64,000 bases of DNA, taken from positions 62,001-126,000 of IMG/VR virus record IMGVR_UViG_3300045974_000132, one strand, 5' to 3'. Positions 1-8,850 of this stretch are shown here, in pieces. Made by a program: the position numbers and the translations under genes. Within the stretch, counting starts at the first letter, position 1. Every line of letters starts with the position of its first letter. The notes under the pieces are model-generated. The model ran no database searches and was not told the origin of the DNA. It was given only the letters and a program-made list of their open reading frames with translations.

Positions 1-942
1 TACGAGTTTAGCGGCCATGCCAGCCCAACTCTTAGCCATAAGCTTTTCTTTATCGTTTAAGTTCCCACCCTTCAAGAACTTACCAACAGCTTTCATACCT
101 ACGCGATTGGCTTTCAACGCATGATTAATCTTCTTACGTGCATGGTAGTACGCTTTATGGAAGATTGACTTATGCCTTACGGCTTGTGTCCTTTGATTAG
201 TATCAAGTTCCGCATCTTGATCTTGCTTAGATGGGCCCCCTGCGGGCATTACTTTAGGAGCAGGTATAGGATTGTTGATAATAGGCTTAGGTGCCGGACC
301 GGTAGAGTCCTTGTTAGCTTGCTTAACGCTAACAGGTGACTTACTTCCTTCAGGAGGTTTCATCTTCTTGATCTGATCGTTGACCTTTTTAGGGTCACGC
401 TCAAGATTAGAAGTAGGGGAGGGCTTTATTCCAGCTTTCTTCTGTGCTGCCTTTAGTGTCTTCTCTAAAGCAGGATTGCCTTTAGCACCCTCTTTGCTAT
501 ACTTACTAGCAGGGTGTTGCTCAATGTACTTCTTCTTACCCAATTCAGTCTTTTTAACCCACCACTCTGGAAGTTTCACTGCTTTAGACTTGCGAGTAGT
601 TTTAGCCTTAGCTTTCGGCTTGGCTTTTGTCTTCGTTGTTGAAGCTTTCTTTTTAACCGGATAGTTTGGTTTCTTTCTAGCGGGCTTAACAGGTTTCTTA
701 GGTTTGGCAGGCTTCTTGAGATTGGATACGCGCTTTGAGATTGACTCATACGCAGCCGACACTGATACGCCGTTCAAACTTGCAACATTCTTGAAAATAC
801 CCATTACGTATTTCCAGTAGTCTTCACCTTGAGGATCTTTATTCTTCTTAGCCAAATCTTTGGCTTTATTCCAGTATTCTTCTAGTTTCTTCAGAGCTAC
901 ACCTCGCTCGTCAGCAACTTTCTTTAGGTAGGCTGTAGGCAT
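1..942 (-). CDS. Lys/Pro-rich basic (histone-H1-like) protein, 3' end beyond the window; probable virion/DNA-binding protein
   Basis: Missing from the ORF track. Manual translation from ATG at 942 appears open to base 1: MPTAYLKKVADERG...NGVSVSAAYESISKRVSNLKKPAKPKKPVKPARKK...LPEWWVKKTELGKKKYIEQHPASKY. Confidence 0.8.
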   Translation of the reverse strand, partial: MPTAYLKKVADERGVALKKLEEYWNKAKDLAKKNKDPQGEDYWKYVMGIFKNVASLNGVSVSAAYESISKRVSNLKKPAKPKKPVKPARKKPNYPVKKKASTTKTKAKPKAKAKTTRKSKAVKLPEWWVKKTELGKKKYIEQHPASKYSKEGAKGNPALEKTLKAAQKKAGIKPSPTSNLERDPKKVNDQIKKMKPPEGSKSPVSVKQANKDSTGPAPKPIINNPIPAPKVMPAGGPSKQDQDAELDTNQRTQAVRHKSIFHKAYYHARKKINHALKANRVGMKAVGKFLKGGNLNDKEKLMAKSWAGMAAKLV

Positions 943-949
943 AGTTATC

Positions 950-1108
950 TCAACTCACATGCACATCGTTCTGCAACGGTTTACCTTGAAGTGTCGAGAC
1001 AGTATTCGACCATAGCACCCAAGGAAGCGTTACATAGTATTTCATTGCTTCACAAGCTCTACGAAAAGGAAGCATCCTGTAGTATTCTTTAGTTATTATA
1101 CCAGTCAT
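950..1108 (-). CDS. small hypothetical protein (52 aa)
   Basis: ATG overlaps the upstream stop (ATGA at 1105-1108) and the ORF fills the gap: MTGIITKEYYRMLPFRRACEAMKYYVTLPW... Confidence 0.5.
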   Translation of the reverse strand: MTGIITKEYYRMLPFRRACEAMKYYVTLPWVLWSNTVSTLQGKPLQNDVHVS

Positions 1109-2037
1109 GATGCTTCACTCCTTGGGTAGTATTTATCGAATAGCGCATCTAGGAATTGCTTAGGCGTAAATTTATTAGTACGCATAATACCTATAAGCTT
1201 GTCTAGCATTTCACGTTCTTTTGATATGTCACCCGCTTTAGCACCCTTTGCATTATGCAGGTCTGCACTAAAGCCATGAACAGCATCTGCATACCTTAGA
1301 CGCTGAAAAGCATCGTAGGCTTTACCGCCTAAAGCTCTTGCTGCCATGTAAGGGTCTTGCCCGGGCTTTATCTTAGCAAACCAAAGTTCCAACCAAGGGC
1401 GAATTGAATTCTGCCTATTACGATACTTGAAATCGTACTCACTATTAAGTCTGTTAGCTGGGGCAAAAGCCGACTTATCAAACTTAACAGGGACTGCTTT
1501 AGCTTTATTCAACAGCATTAGTTCTTTGGTATCTTCATAAAACCAAATCTTTACACCGTGAAGTAATGCTGCCTTCTTTAAGGAAAACATTAAGTGTGTT
1601 CTTTCGTTCACATGGCAATGTATTTCCTTTATATACTTAAAAGCAGGTATCACAGGCTTGCGTGAGAATACGCGATCTTCTGATTCATACCTATCACGAC
1701 GAAGATGATACGCATCATCGGTATTGTAAGGAGCCGCATTTGCTTTATCAAGAGTTGCCCAGTAGTCTACCGGAGCAATCTTATATGACTGGCCAAGCTT
1801 ATACCCATCTAAAACAAATATAACACTTGATGACCAAACATGTTGTCTTGTATAGCTACCTACCTTAGTGCGTGTTGTACTAAGGTAGTAAGCTCCTTTA
1901 CCTAATGCTTCCTCTGCTGAAGTACCTTCACTAGGCTTTAGATAAAACTTATCCTGCGTAACGATTTGAGCAGCTGGACTTAAGGTAGTCAGATGGTATA
2001 GAACATCGCTTTTGGAGATAGATACTAGGACTTCCAT
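1105..2037 (-). CDS. putative ADP-ribosyltransferase-fold protein with N-terminal S-x-S leader
   Basis: Motifs in ART order: LYHLT (strand 1), YLSTTR (STS-like), VIFVLDG, ESEDR (ExE). Starts MEVLVSISKS. Confidence 0.5.
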   Translation of the reverse strand: MEVLVSISKSDVLYHLTTLSPAAQIVTQDKFYLKPSEGTSAEEALGKGAYYLSTTRTKVGSYTRQHVWSSSVIFVLDGYKLGQSYKIAPVDYWATLDKANAAPYNTDDAYHLRRDRYESEDRVFSRKPVIPAFKYIKEIHCHVNERTHLMFSLKKAALLHGVKIWFYEDTKELMLLNKAKAVPVKFDKSAFAPANRLNSEYDFKYRNRQNSIRPWLELWFAKIKPGQDPYMAARALGGKAYDAFQRLRYADAVHGFSADLHNAKGAKAGDISKEREMLDKLIGIMRTNKFTPKQFLDALFDKYYPRSEAS

Positions 2038-2041
2038 AGCG

Positions 2042-2230
2042 TTACTCGTGAACTAGAGGTTGTTTTAAGTGGCACCTTACAACATTTAAGCTACATGTAA
2101 ACATAGCATGGGTATAATACATGTTTGTTGCCATCACTAAGGCAAGAAAGCCTAAGGGAGTTACAGTGGACAGGCGACGAGCTTTAACGTAATTACCAGC
2201 AAGGGTAAAATCAAGCATTTGAGTAATCAT
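2042..2230 (-). CDS. small hypothetical protein with one hydrophobic segment
   Basis: ORF with GGGAG RBS; fills the gap between neighbours. Confidence 0.5.
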   Translation of the reverse strand: MITQMLDFTLAGNYVKARRLSTVTPLGFLALVMATNMYYTHAMFTCSLNVVRCHLKQPLVHE

Positions 2231-2258
2231 TTTATGTAACTCCCTTATTTATCAGTAT

Positions 2259-2567
2259 TTAAAAGAAACTAGGTTGAGCAATAGAACGAGTAAGAGCCAT
2301 TAAGCCTTCTTGGAAATGCGTCTTACTGATGGATGCCCAACGCTCAGGCTCTGCGTCTTTCAATCGACTATCTTCCTCAGCAGCATCTTCAAACAACTTA
2401 CCTGAAGCTAGTCCCTTAACATGCTCCCTTTGTTTTGCAATATGCTTCTGCGCTTCTAAAATCAAAGCTTCTAGTTCCAAGCCTTTATCCTTGATAGCAT
2501 TCATCAGATCAATTTCAGCTTGGCTTAGTTCACGGTAGCCGCGAATCTTACGGTGTTGATTTTCCAT
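2259..2567 (-). CDS. acb2: anti-CBASS cyclic-oligonucleotide sponge Acb2 (T4 Vs.4 family)
   Basis: MENQHRKIRGYRELSQAEIDLMNAIK...EPERWASISKTHFQEGLMALTRSIAQP closely matches the Pseudomonas phage Acb2 sequence as recalled; Y11 and K26 are in register. Confidence 0.9.
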   Translation of the reverse strand: MENQHRKIRGYRELSQAEIDLMNAIKDKGLELEALILEAQKHIAKQREHVKGLASGKLFEDAAEEDSRLKDAEPERWASISKTHFQEGLMALTRSIAQPSFF

Positions 2568-2589
2568 TTGTATTAACTCTTTCTAGTAT

Positions 2590-3300
2590 TTAACGGTCAA
2601 AATAGGGTTTGTATTTAGGTGATCTTATTTTAATAATGTTGGTCGGGTACTCCCGACTTATATCAAAGAAGGATTTACCGTAACCTTTCTGCACTACACG
2701 GCTTTTATAACTAGTGCGTTCAACATTACCAAACCACTTGCTACTATCGCAACCTTTAGTCGAAGCACACAACCTACGATCTTGCATCATACCACCTGCA
2801 CCACCGTTGTACGAATTGAAGAAGAAGGCAGAATGCTCAACAGGATCAGGTGCACCTGCAATCTTTCCATATTCAAACTTATCACGTACAACTACTGCTA
2901 GTGCTTGCTTATCTGGATCATACCTTTTATCAAAAGACCAGTTAGCTAAATCTCGATCTAGCTTCCTAACATCATTGAAAGCGTTGAATCGTTCCTTACC
3001 GTTCTTGTCGTAAGCAACCGTTAGCTGGCCGAGGCCGAATCCATATTCCCTGCTTGTCTTTAATTCAACTGTTTCAGACCAGCAGTGGGGAGCTTTTAAA
3101 CTGACGCAGGTTTCTTGTTCTACTTGAGCCGAAATATACCAGGGAGTCTCATAAGTAGGCCACTTATCCGCAAGATGCTTTTTTAGCAGAGGTAGATTCT
3201 TTTCAGCGTGTATAGGAAGCTTAGGTAGAGCAGCAACTTGTTCTGCACTAAAAGCATTTGCTGTCAGGCAGATCGCTAATAGAGCAAGAAGAGATTTCAT
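2590..3300 (-). CDS. endolysin, SLT-type lytic transglycosylase with N-terminal signal peptide
   Basis: AQVEQET (catalytic Glu), GFGLGQLT, SYNGG. Probable start MKSLLALLAICLTANAFSA at 3300, ATGA-coupled to the upstream holin stop. Confidence 0.85.
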   Translation of the reverse strand: MKSLLALLAICLTANAFSAEQVAALPKLPIHAEKNLPLLKKHLADKWPTYETPWYISAQVEQETCVSLKAPHCWSETVELKTSREYGFGLGQLTVAYDKNGKERFNAFNDVRKLDRDLANWSFDKRYDPDKQALAVVVRDKFEYGKIAGAPDPVEHSAFFFNSYNGGAGGMMQDRRLCASTKGCDSSKWFGNVERTSYKSRVVQKGYGKSFFDISREYPTNIIKIRSPKYKPYFDR

Positions 3301-3641
3301 TTTAGACCGATCAGTTGAGAAGCCGTAAAGAACAAGGTGCACATGAAGAACACAATAGATGCGAATACTACCGCTGAAGCCATAGGGCTTGCTTTAGCAT
3401 TGACTGCTAGTTCATCAAGACCTATATGCGGAAAGAAAATCCGACGCATCAAATGCACACCGATACCGAATAGCGCGATAACACCGATGAAATAAATGAC
3501 AACCTGACTAGCATCCCACATGGGAATAAGGGCAAGTAGGGCTAGCAGCCCTAGAAACATATGACGGTAAACATCTTTACGAACTTTAGTACCGTTAATG
3601 CTTGTGCTGATGTGGGCAATTTCATCTTGGAAAAAAGACAT
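3297..3641 (-). CDS. putative holin (3 TM segments)
   Basis: 114 aa with three hydrophobic stretches; translationally coupled to the endolysin. Confidence 0.65.
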   Translation of the reverse strand: MSFFQDEIAHISTSINGTKVRKDVYRHMFLGLLALLALIPMWDASQVVIYFIGVIALFGIGVHLMRRIFFPHIGLDELAVNAKASPMASAVVFASIVFFMCTLFFTASQLIGLK

Positions 3642-3686
3642 GGTAAGTTCCTTCGTAGTAAATTGTGAATACTTTGTTACTGTAAT

Positions 3687-3692
3687 AAATTA
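3687..3692 (-). promoter_or_regulatory. TAATTT candidate late-promoter element for the lysis cassette
   Basis: Lies between the terminator at 3713-3748 and the holin start at 3641; motif recurs in many intergenic gaps. Confidence 0.45.
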
Positions 3693-3712
3693 GAATACTC
3701 ATTCTGCGGACG

Positions 3713-3748
3713 AAAAAATACCCAGTAAATCCGAAGACGTACTGGGTA
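3713..3748 (-). terminator. rho-independent terminator
   Basis: TACCCAGTA/TACTGGGTA 9-bp stem, loop containing cUUCGg, then TTTTTT on the minus strand. Confidence 0.85.
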
Positions 3749-3761
3749 GGGTAGAACAATA

Positions 3762-4694
3762 TTACTTGTAGGCAGAAGCAATGTATTGAGCTTTAATATG
3801 CGGTAATTCCCATCCCTCACTTGGGATGTAGATGAAAGGAACTTCAGCAGCCTGGAAGTCACCTAGTAATGTGTCTAAGTGAGCAATCTCATCCTTGAAC
3901 ATCTGATCGTGTGCAGCCCAATCTCCCTTTACATCCTTATCGTACTGCTTACAGGTACTTGTTTCACCCGTTTTGTCGTAGATGTATATGCAAGTAGAGG
4001 AAGTATTGAAGTAGGATAGCTGGCCTCGGACATAAGCAGCTTGGGCATTCAAAGATAGAATGTAGTCCTCATACACAGGAAGCTGCTCAGAGCAATGCAG
4101 TAGTGTAGCTGCACGATGGGTGAACAGAATAATACGATCAGGAGTAGAGTGCGTACCTAACTTCTGATTGACACGATCTACGCGATACCTTTGTTCAGGC
4201 AGAGAGTAGATGTTATACTGACGCTCAAACCAGGAGTACAGATGGACAAACTCTTCACCAAGCATGAGGTCAATCTTACTAGTATTAGGATAGACCAACT
4301 TATCAAGGATGTCATTCGTTTGAAGACCTAGGACGTCACACTTAGTACGACTTACTACCCGATTGATATGTTGTAAAGCACACGGATAGAGAAAGTCATC
4401 ACCGTCCATCAGCAGCAAGTAATCATATTCCTGGTAGTGTTCATTGAACAAGTCGAGAGAAGCATTCTTACCCTTACCTGGTTTACCATTGCTTACAGTG
4501 GCATGAAAGTCCCACGTAGGAAAAGCTTCAGATAAACTAGCTACTGACTCACGATATTCGTCTGAAAGGGTATTGCAATTAACAATACCCTTCCATTCTA
4601 CGCCAGGCACAGTTATATTATTTTCTACACTACGCATTAAACGAGTAAGCCTAGGTAGATCGCTAGATGTTAGCGCACAGACGACGATTTTCAT
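3762..4694 (-). CDS. GT-A fold glycosyltransferase (GT2-like)
   Basis: N-terminal beta strand MKIVVCALT, SNGKPGKGKN, YDYLLLMDGDDF (DxD), YED motif. Confidence 0.75.
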   Translation of the reverse strand: MKIVVCALTSSDLPRLTRLMRSVENNITVPGVEWKGIVNCNTLSDEYRESVASLSEAFPTWDFHATVSNGKPGKGKNASLDLFNEHYQEYDYLLLMDGDDFLYPCALQHINRVVSRTKCDVLGLQTNDILDKLVYPNTSKIDLMLGEEFVHLYSWFERQYNIYSLPEQRYRVDRVNQKLGTHSTPDRIILFTHRAATLLHCSEQLPVYEDYILSLNAQAAYVRGQLSYFNTSSTCIYIYDKTGETSTCKQYDKDVKGDWAAHDQMFKDEIAHLDTLLGDFQAAEVPFIYIPSEGWELPHIKAQYIASAYK

Positions 4695-4710
4695 TATGTA
4701 TCCTTATGTA

Positions 4711-5181
4711 TTACATACTGAAGGCTGGAAGAGTTTTTAAAGTAGCTTCAATAACAAAGTCTTTAGCCGTTGCAACTACTGCATCATATTGTGCCCAGCA
4801 CAGTGAACGCCACTTACGTAAGGCAAGAGCTTGTTGCTGGTATAGAGGAACAGCAGGCTCGTCAACGTAAGTAAGAGCTTCATCAATAGAGGTAAAGCCC
4901 AGAGACTTTGCTTGCTCATTTATATTTACAGTAATCTGCTGCTTTAAAGCAGCTTGCTTTTGTTCTAGGGTAGGACCAGGAGCTTCTACAAAGGGAGCTA
5001 TTGCACCGAAGTCACCGTTACAAGCACGTTGATATAGCTCTACACCGTGTTCTTCTACATCAGCCCCTTGAGCGATAAAAGGAACTTCTGAGGCAAGATG
5101 ATCAAATTTAACAGTCATCTTTATTGAACGGTTGGATGCTTCAATGTACAACGGATCTTTAACTGAAGAGTAAGTAAGCAT
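4711..5181 (-). CDS. tail fibre assembly chaperone-like protein
   Basis: VKFDHLASEVPFIA...DVEEHGVELYQRA..GDFGAI N-domain and AKSLGF.SI..ALTY...ALALRKWRSLCW C-domain, typical of Tfa-type chaperones; follows fibre genes. Confidence 0.7.
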   Translation of the reverse strand: MLTYSSVKDPLYIEASNRSIKMTVKFDHLASEVPFIAQGADVEEHGVELYQRACNGDFGAIAPFVEAPGPTLEQKQAALKQQITVNINEQAKSLGFTSIDEALTYVDEPAVPLYQQQALALRKWRSLCWAQYDAVVATAKDFVIEATLKTLPAFSM

Positions 5182-5193
5182 GAAAATAATCCT

Positions 5194-5742
5194 TTACGAA
5201 ACACGCTGCATCAATAAGCTACCGCCTGGTATGAAACCACGACATTGCCAAGTACCTGCCATAACGACAGGTGCTACAGACCACCACCAAGCATTGGAGT
5301 AGGTGCTAGTCACAAAGCTTGCAGAATTACCTACTTCATAAAGTGTGAAGTTTATATCTTTTGTTATTGCTACTAAATATGCACCGTACAATATAGAACC
5401 GAAAGTTAATGCTTGTGGGATATTATATTGAGCATTTGAAGAATCGTAAAATATATTATTGCCATTACCGTCATCTTGCCCAAAGACAGTAACAAATGAT
5501 CCGACTCCTCCGAAGCCTGCGGATGCTGCTCCGGCGGGCCCGGCTGGCCCAGTGGCTCCAGCGGGGCCTGTTGGTCCGACTGGGCCTTGGCTACCCGAAC
5601 CGCTACCCCCTGATCCTGCTGGTCCTTGTGGTCCAGTTGGACCCACGGGACCTACACTACCTGATCCACTTCCACTTGAGCCTAAAGCACTCAAGTCTAC
5701 TGATTTAGAAGTACCGTCTGAAAAGTCAATAATTAAAAACAT
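5194..5742 (-). CDS. short collagen-like fibre protein
   Basis: Gly-X-Y repeats; C-terminal GGVGSF...AGTWQCRG...LLMQRVS fibre-tip motif. Confidence 0.7.
   Translation of the reverse strand: MFLIIDFSDGTSKSVDLSALGSSGSGSGSVGPVGPTGPQGPAGSGGSGSGSQGPVGPTGPAGATGPAGPAGAASAGFGGVGSFVTVFGQDDGNGNNIFYDSSNAQYNIPQALTFGSILYGAYLVAITKDINFTLYEVGNSASFVTSTYSNAWWWSVAPVVMAGTWQCRGFIPGGSLLMQRVS
5530..5662 (-). repeat. collagen-like (GXY)n tract, GC-rich
   Basis: GPVGPTGPQGPAG and GPVGPTGPAGATGPAGPAG. Confidence 0.8.
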
Positions 5743-5758
5743 ATGCCTACCCCTCTGA

Positions 5759-6571
5759 TTATATAGTTGTTACAAAGGTACCCAAGTGCTGTCCGTACGC
5801 CGGATTGTACACAAAGGAACCATCAAAGTCAAAGTTAATAACATAACCAGTTTTAGTAGTAAGCCCTGTTAGATTTAAAGTGCCCAAGCCTGTACTTCCT
5901 ATCGCTACAGTACCGCTATAAACTGAGGCCCCTGTAGTAGCATTAGAAGCAGTCACCGTAACATTACTATTAGGAGGAGCTGTATAAATAGTTACTTTAA
6001 CAGAAGTTGCGGTAATATCTGCATTTGCAATTCCTAAAGAAGGCAGATAAGTAACGCCAGAATACGCTGTCACTGTAAAGGCTTTCGTTACCGTATTACC
6101 CGAACTATAGGTCTTTGATGAATCAAAAGTTGCAATGATCGTATAGCTACCTGCGGGTAACGCACTAGCTGAAATACTACCTGTGCCCGTGCCTGCTGAA
6201 TTTACAGTGAAGGAAGAAGAGTCAGCTACAGCACCTGAACTATTTTTAATAGTTATACCTATATTAGAGTTAGGAGGGGCCCCTGTAACATTCACACCTA
6301 AGGTCTGAGCAGTAGTAATGGCCGCTGAAGATAGTGTAACAGACGGTGTATAGGTAGAACTGCCTCCGCCGGAACCGCCTATGTCTGTTGCACTAAGTCT
6401 CAACCCTGTTATAGAAGCCCCGCCACTTGCTCCACCACCTGCTGCCCCTAAGTTTATGCTAGTACCGTCATTGAATGTAAGCGTTACAGTACCATTAGTT
6501 ACAGTGGCACCTGTTGCAATTTTGCCGTCAATCATTGACGGACTTACTTTAGTTAAACCACCCATAATCAA
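5759..6571 (-). CDS. Ser/Thr/Gly-rich virion fibre/appendage protein with two Ig-like repeats
   Basis: Repeated PS...APPNSN...GTGT/S...Y.I...FD.S units; N-terminal LTFNDGTSINLG resembles the start of the neighbouring fibre gene. Confidence 0.6.
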   Translation of the reverse strand: MIMGGLTKVSPSMIDGKIATGATVTNGTVTLTFNDGTSINLGAAGGGASGGASITGLRLSATDIGGSGGGSSTYTPSVTLSSAAITTAQTLGVNVTGAPPNSNIGITIKNSSGAVADSSSFTVNSAGTGTGSISASALPAGSYTIIATFDSSKTYSSGNTVTKAFTVTAYSGVTYLPSLGIANADITATSVKVTIYTAPPNSNVTVTASNATTGASVYSGTVAIGSTGLGTLNLTGLTTKTGYVINFDFDGSFVYNPAYGQHLGTFVTTI

Positions 6572-7617
6572 CTACTCCTGATATTTGATAAAGCCTGCGC
6601 GTAATGAGTTTCACACTGTCGGCAAGATGCACATTCCTTATTACAGGATAGCACATCACGCCAGTATGCTTCTGATAAATTAGAAATCTTCAATCCATCA
6701 TTAGCGGATACATTCAGAAATTCAGATAAGTCTTTATCCTCACCGTCTACGTAATGCTGGAGCATGTACTTGATGTTGGAACTACCTAAGTTACGTCCAG
6801 CTAACTTAATCTGGTCAATAAAAGGATAGTGCATTTCAAGTATCTCTTTAGTTAGAAACTGGCTAGTTAAGAACAACCAAGGAGTAAGCCTTGCTATATT
6901 TTCACATCCTATAACATGAATCTTATTCTGGCCGCTCTTAACATCGCTCAATGAGATTTCAACGTCACCGCTGTTCTTGTAGATGCAAGCATTGACACAA
7001 CCTTCATTCACCATCAGAATTAACTTACTAGCCAACTCTGGGTGCTTTGATAGATAGTGCTGAAGCTTTTTAGGATTACGATTTAGGTCGCGTTGAAGTA
7101 CCACACTATCTAAACACGCTGATCCGTACATCATCAAGAACATATCCAACTCTTGTAAGCTTGTATGGCTATTCGTACTCAATGAAACCAAGACAGCTTC
7201 ATTGATAAGCTTGGGTATTATCGTAACATCGGATACAGTTACGGCAAGCACAGGATAACGCTTACGGTAGAACTCAAGCTTATTTAAAATCTTAGCCCAG
7301 GACTCTTCTTTATAGAAGTCCGGACTATAAATATTGTTCATCAGCACTTTAACTGGAAGACCTGTAAAGGAGAGAATCTGATTTACAGCATTCTCCCAGT
7401 TAAGCACTGCTTGTGCATCCCTATTCCCATTAGGATATACAAATTGAGGAGCACGAATACCCCACACATCAATATCAGTATCTATATGACCTAATGGAAA
7501 GTACATACAGCTTATGTGATCCTTATATTTATTTATTGTGTCAATGAAACCGCTCAGAGTGCGCGGTGTAAAATGTACATTATTAGGAATAGGTACTTCT
7601 ATTTTCATTTGAGCCAC
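6568..7617 (-). CDS. peptidase-U32 family (Fe-S TIM-barrel, hydroxylase-like) protein
   Basis: VLQRDLNRN, LMVNEGCVNACIY, IKLAGR and C-terminal CNKECASCRQC. Confidence 0.7.
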   Translation of the reverse strand: MAQMKIEVPIPNNVHFTPRTLSGFIDTINKYKDHISCMYFPLGHIDTDIDVWGIRAPQFVYPNGNRDAQAVLNWENAVNQILSFTGLPVKVLMNNIYSPDFYKEESWAKILNKLEFYRKRYPVLAVTVSDVTIIPKLINEAVLVSLSTNSHTSLQELDMFLMMYGSACLDSVVLQRDLNRNPKKLQHYLSKHPELASKLILMVNEGCVNACIYKNSGDVEISLSDVKSGQNKIHVIGCENIARLTPWLFLTSQFLTKEILEMHYPFIDQIKLAGRNLGSSNIKYMLQHYVDGEDKDLSEFLNVSANDGLKISNLSEAYWRDVLSCNKECASCRQCETHYAQALSNIRSS

Positions 7618-8837
7618 GCCAACGTGTCGATGGATACAGAAGATGTACTGAAGAAGGAGAAGGGATACTTCTTATCAGCATCTGTTATACCAAAAGATAC
7701 ATTCTGTCCTCTGAAAACAACTTGGGTTTCAGCCCAGTTGTTTTCATCAAGCAACACTTTGGAATCTTTGAATACGCAGTTTGTACTACCTTTTAGCTTA
7801 ATAGTCTTGTTCCCTATATCGTCATACCTCGGAGTAAAAGGATAGCGAATCTGCATCTTAACAGGGATATCAACTTGCAAAGAGGAAGCATCATCCTTAA
7901 ATAGATTTGCTGTAAACCAAGTCTTTCCGTCATCAAAGGATACTTGTGGGAATAGTGTTTCATCTACATACAAGGTATCATTCTGAATACGGAAAAACGT
8001 CATTTCATCTGCAAAGGCTCTAATATACTCAGAGCGTTGCTGACGATCAGATAAGCCCATCATCTTGATACCATTTTGAAAACGATGCCACTTAATACCT
8101 GTGCCACCTATTCCACCGTAAGCAAAAGCTTCAAACTTATTGCCTACTACAACGAACGCATCTAATTCGCCTGCTTTAATACGAGCAAATACACTATGCC
8201 AAACTTCACGTTTCACATACCCTATACCTGCTGCAAACATTTCCATCAACAGATTTAGATAGTTTACACGATGGGCCGTAGCAAGAGGTATTACATAAGG
8301 GCTGCCGTCCCCTAAAGAAGGTAGATTAGATAAACCATATAGCGCATCTGCTACAGATGAACCCGAAATCTTTGCCAGTCTGTTATACACTGTACGATCC
8401 GGGTATCCTTCAAACACCCAATCGAATACAGCGTTCAACTCTTTATCAATCTCAGCCAACTCAGTATTGAACACCTCGTCATCTATAAAAGTATTAACAA
8501 AGTCAGCGGTACCGCTAAATTCAAAGGTACTTGAATACGGAAACACTGCAAGGATTCGGCTATTAACATAGTTTAGCATCCAGTCAAAGCTCATGCCGTG
8601 TCGCATAGTTTGATAGAAGTGCTTAACATTTGCCTCAGCTTCATTATCATTAACTAATTGGTCAAACTTAGCTAGAATAACTTTCGCTTTAGGCAGCGCT
8701 ACTTCCCACGAATCTAAGACGGAAGCTGCTTCCCAGATGTTTTTCATCAACTGGGTTGAGCTTCCGTCTGTAGCAGCATCCGTGATTGCCATTGAATAGC
8801 AACCCTCAACTACTTCAGACGGAGTCAACATAAACAT
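7605..8837 (-). CDS. hypothetical protein (410 aa)
   Basis: Long ORF overlapping the U32 start; no motif recognised. Confidence 0.6.
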   Translation of the reverse strand: MFMLTPSEVVEGCYSMAITDAATDGSSTQLMKNIWEAASVLDSWEVALPKAKVILAKFDQLVNDNEAEANVKHFYQTMRHGMSFDWMLNYVNSRILAVFPYSSTFEFSGTADFVNTFIDDEVFNTELAEIDKELNAVFDWVFEGYPDRTVYNRLAKISGSSVADALYGLSNLPSLGDGSPYVIPLATAHRVNYLNLLMEMFAAGIGYVKREVWHSVFARIKAGELDAFVVVGNKFEAFAYGGIGGTGIKWHRFQNGIKMMGLSDRQQRSEYIRAFADEMTFFRIQNDTLYVDETLFPQVSFDDGKTWFTANLFKDDASSLQVDIPVKMQIRYPFTPRYDDIGNKTIKLKGSTNCVFKDSKVLLDENNWAETQVVFRGQNVSFGITDADKKYPFSFFSTSSVSIDTLAWLK

Positions 8838-8850
8838 AGTAGTCTACCTT

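Noticed and set aside
380-664. Hydrophobic 94-aa plus-strand ORF resembling a membrane protein
   Set aside because: Mirror of the Lys-rich minus-strand gene 1-942 (AAA/AAG read as TTT/CTT).
5459-5758. Plus-strand collagen-like ORF
   Set aside because: Gly-Pro codons read as Pro-Gly in antisense; the minus-strand gene has the RBS and operon context.
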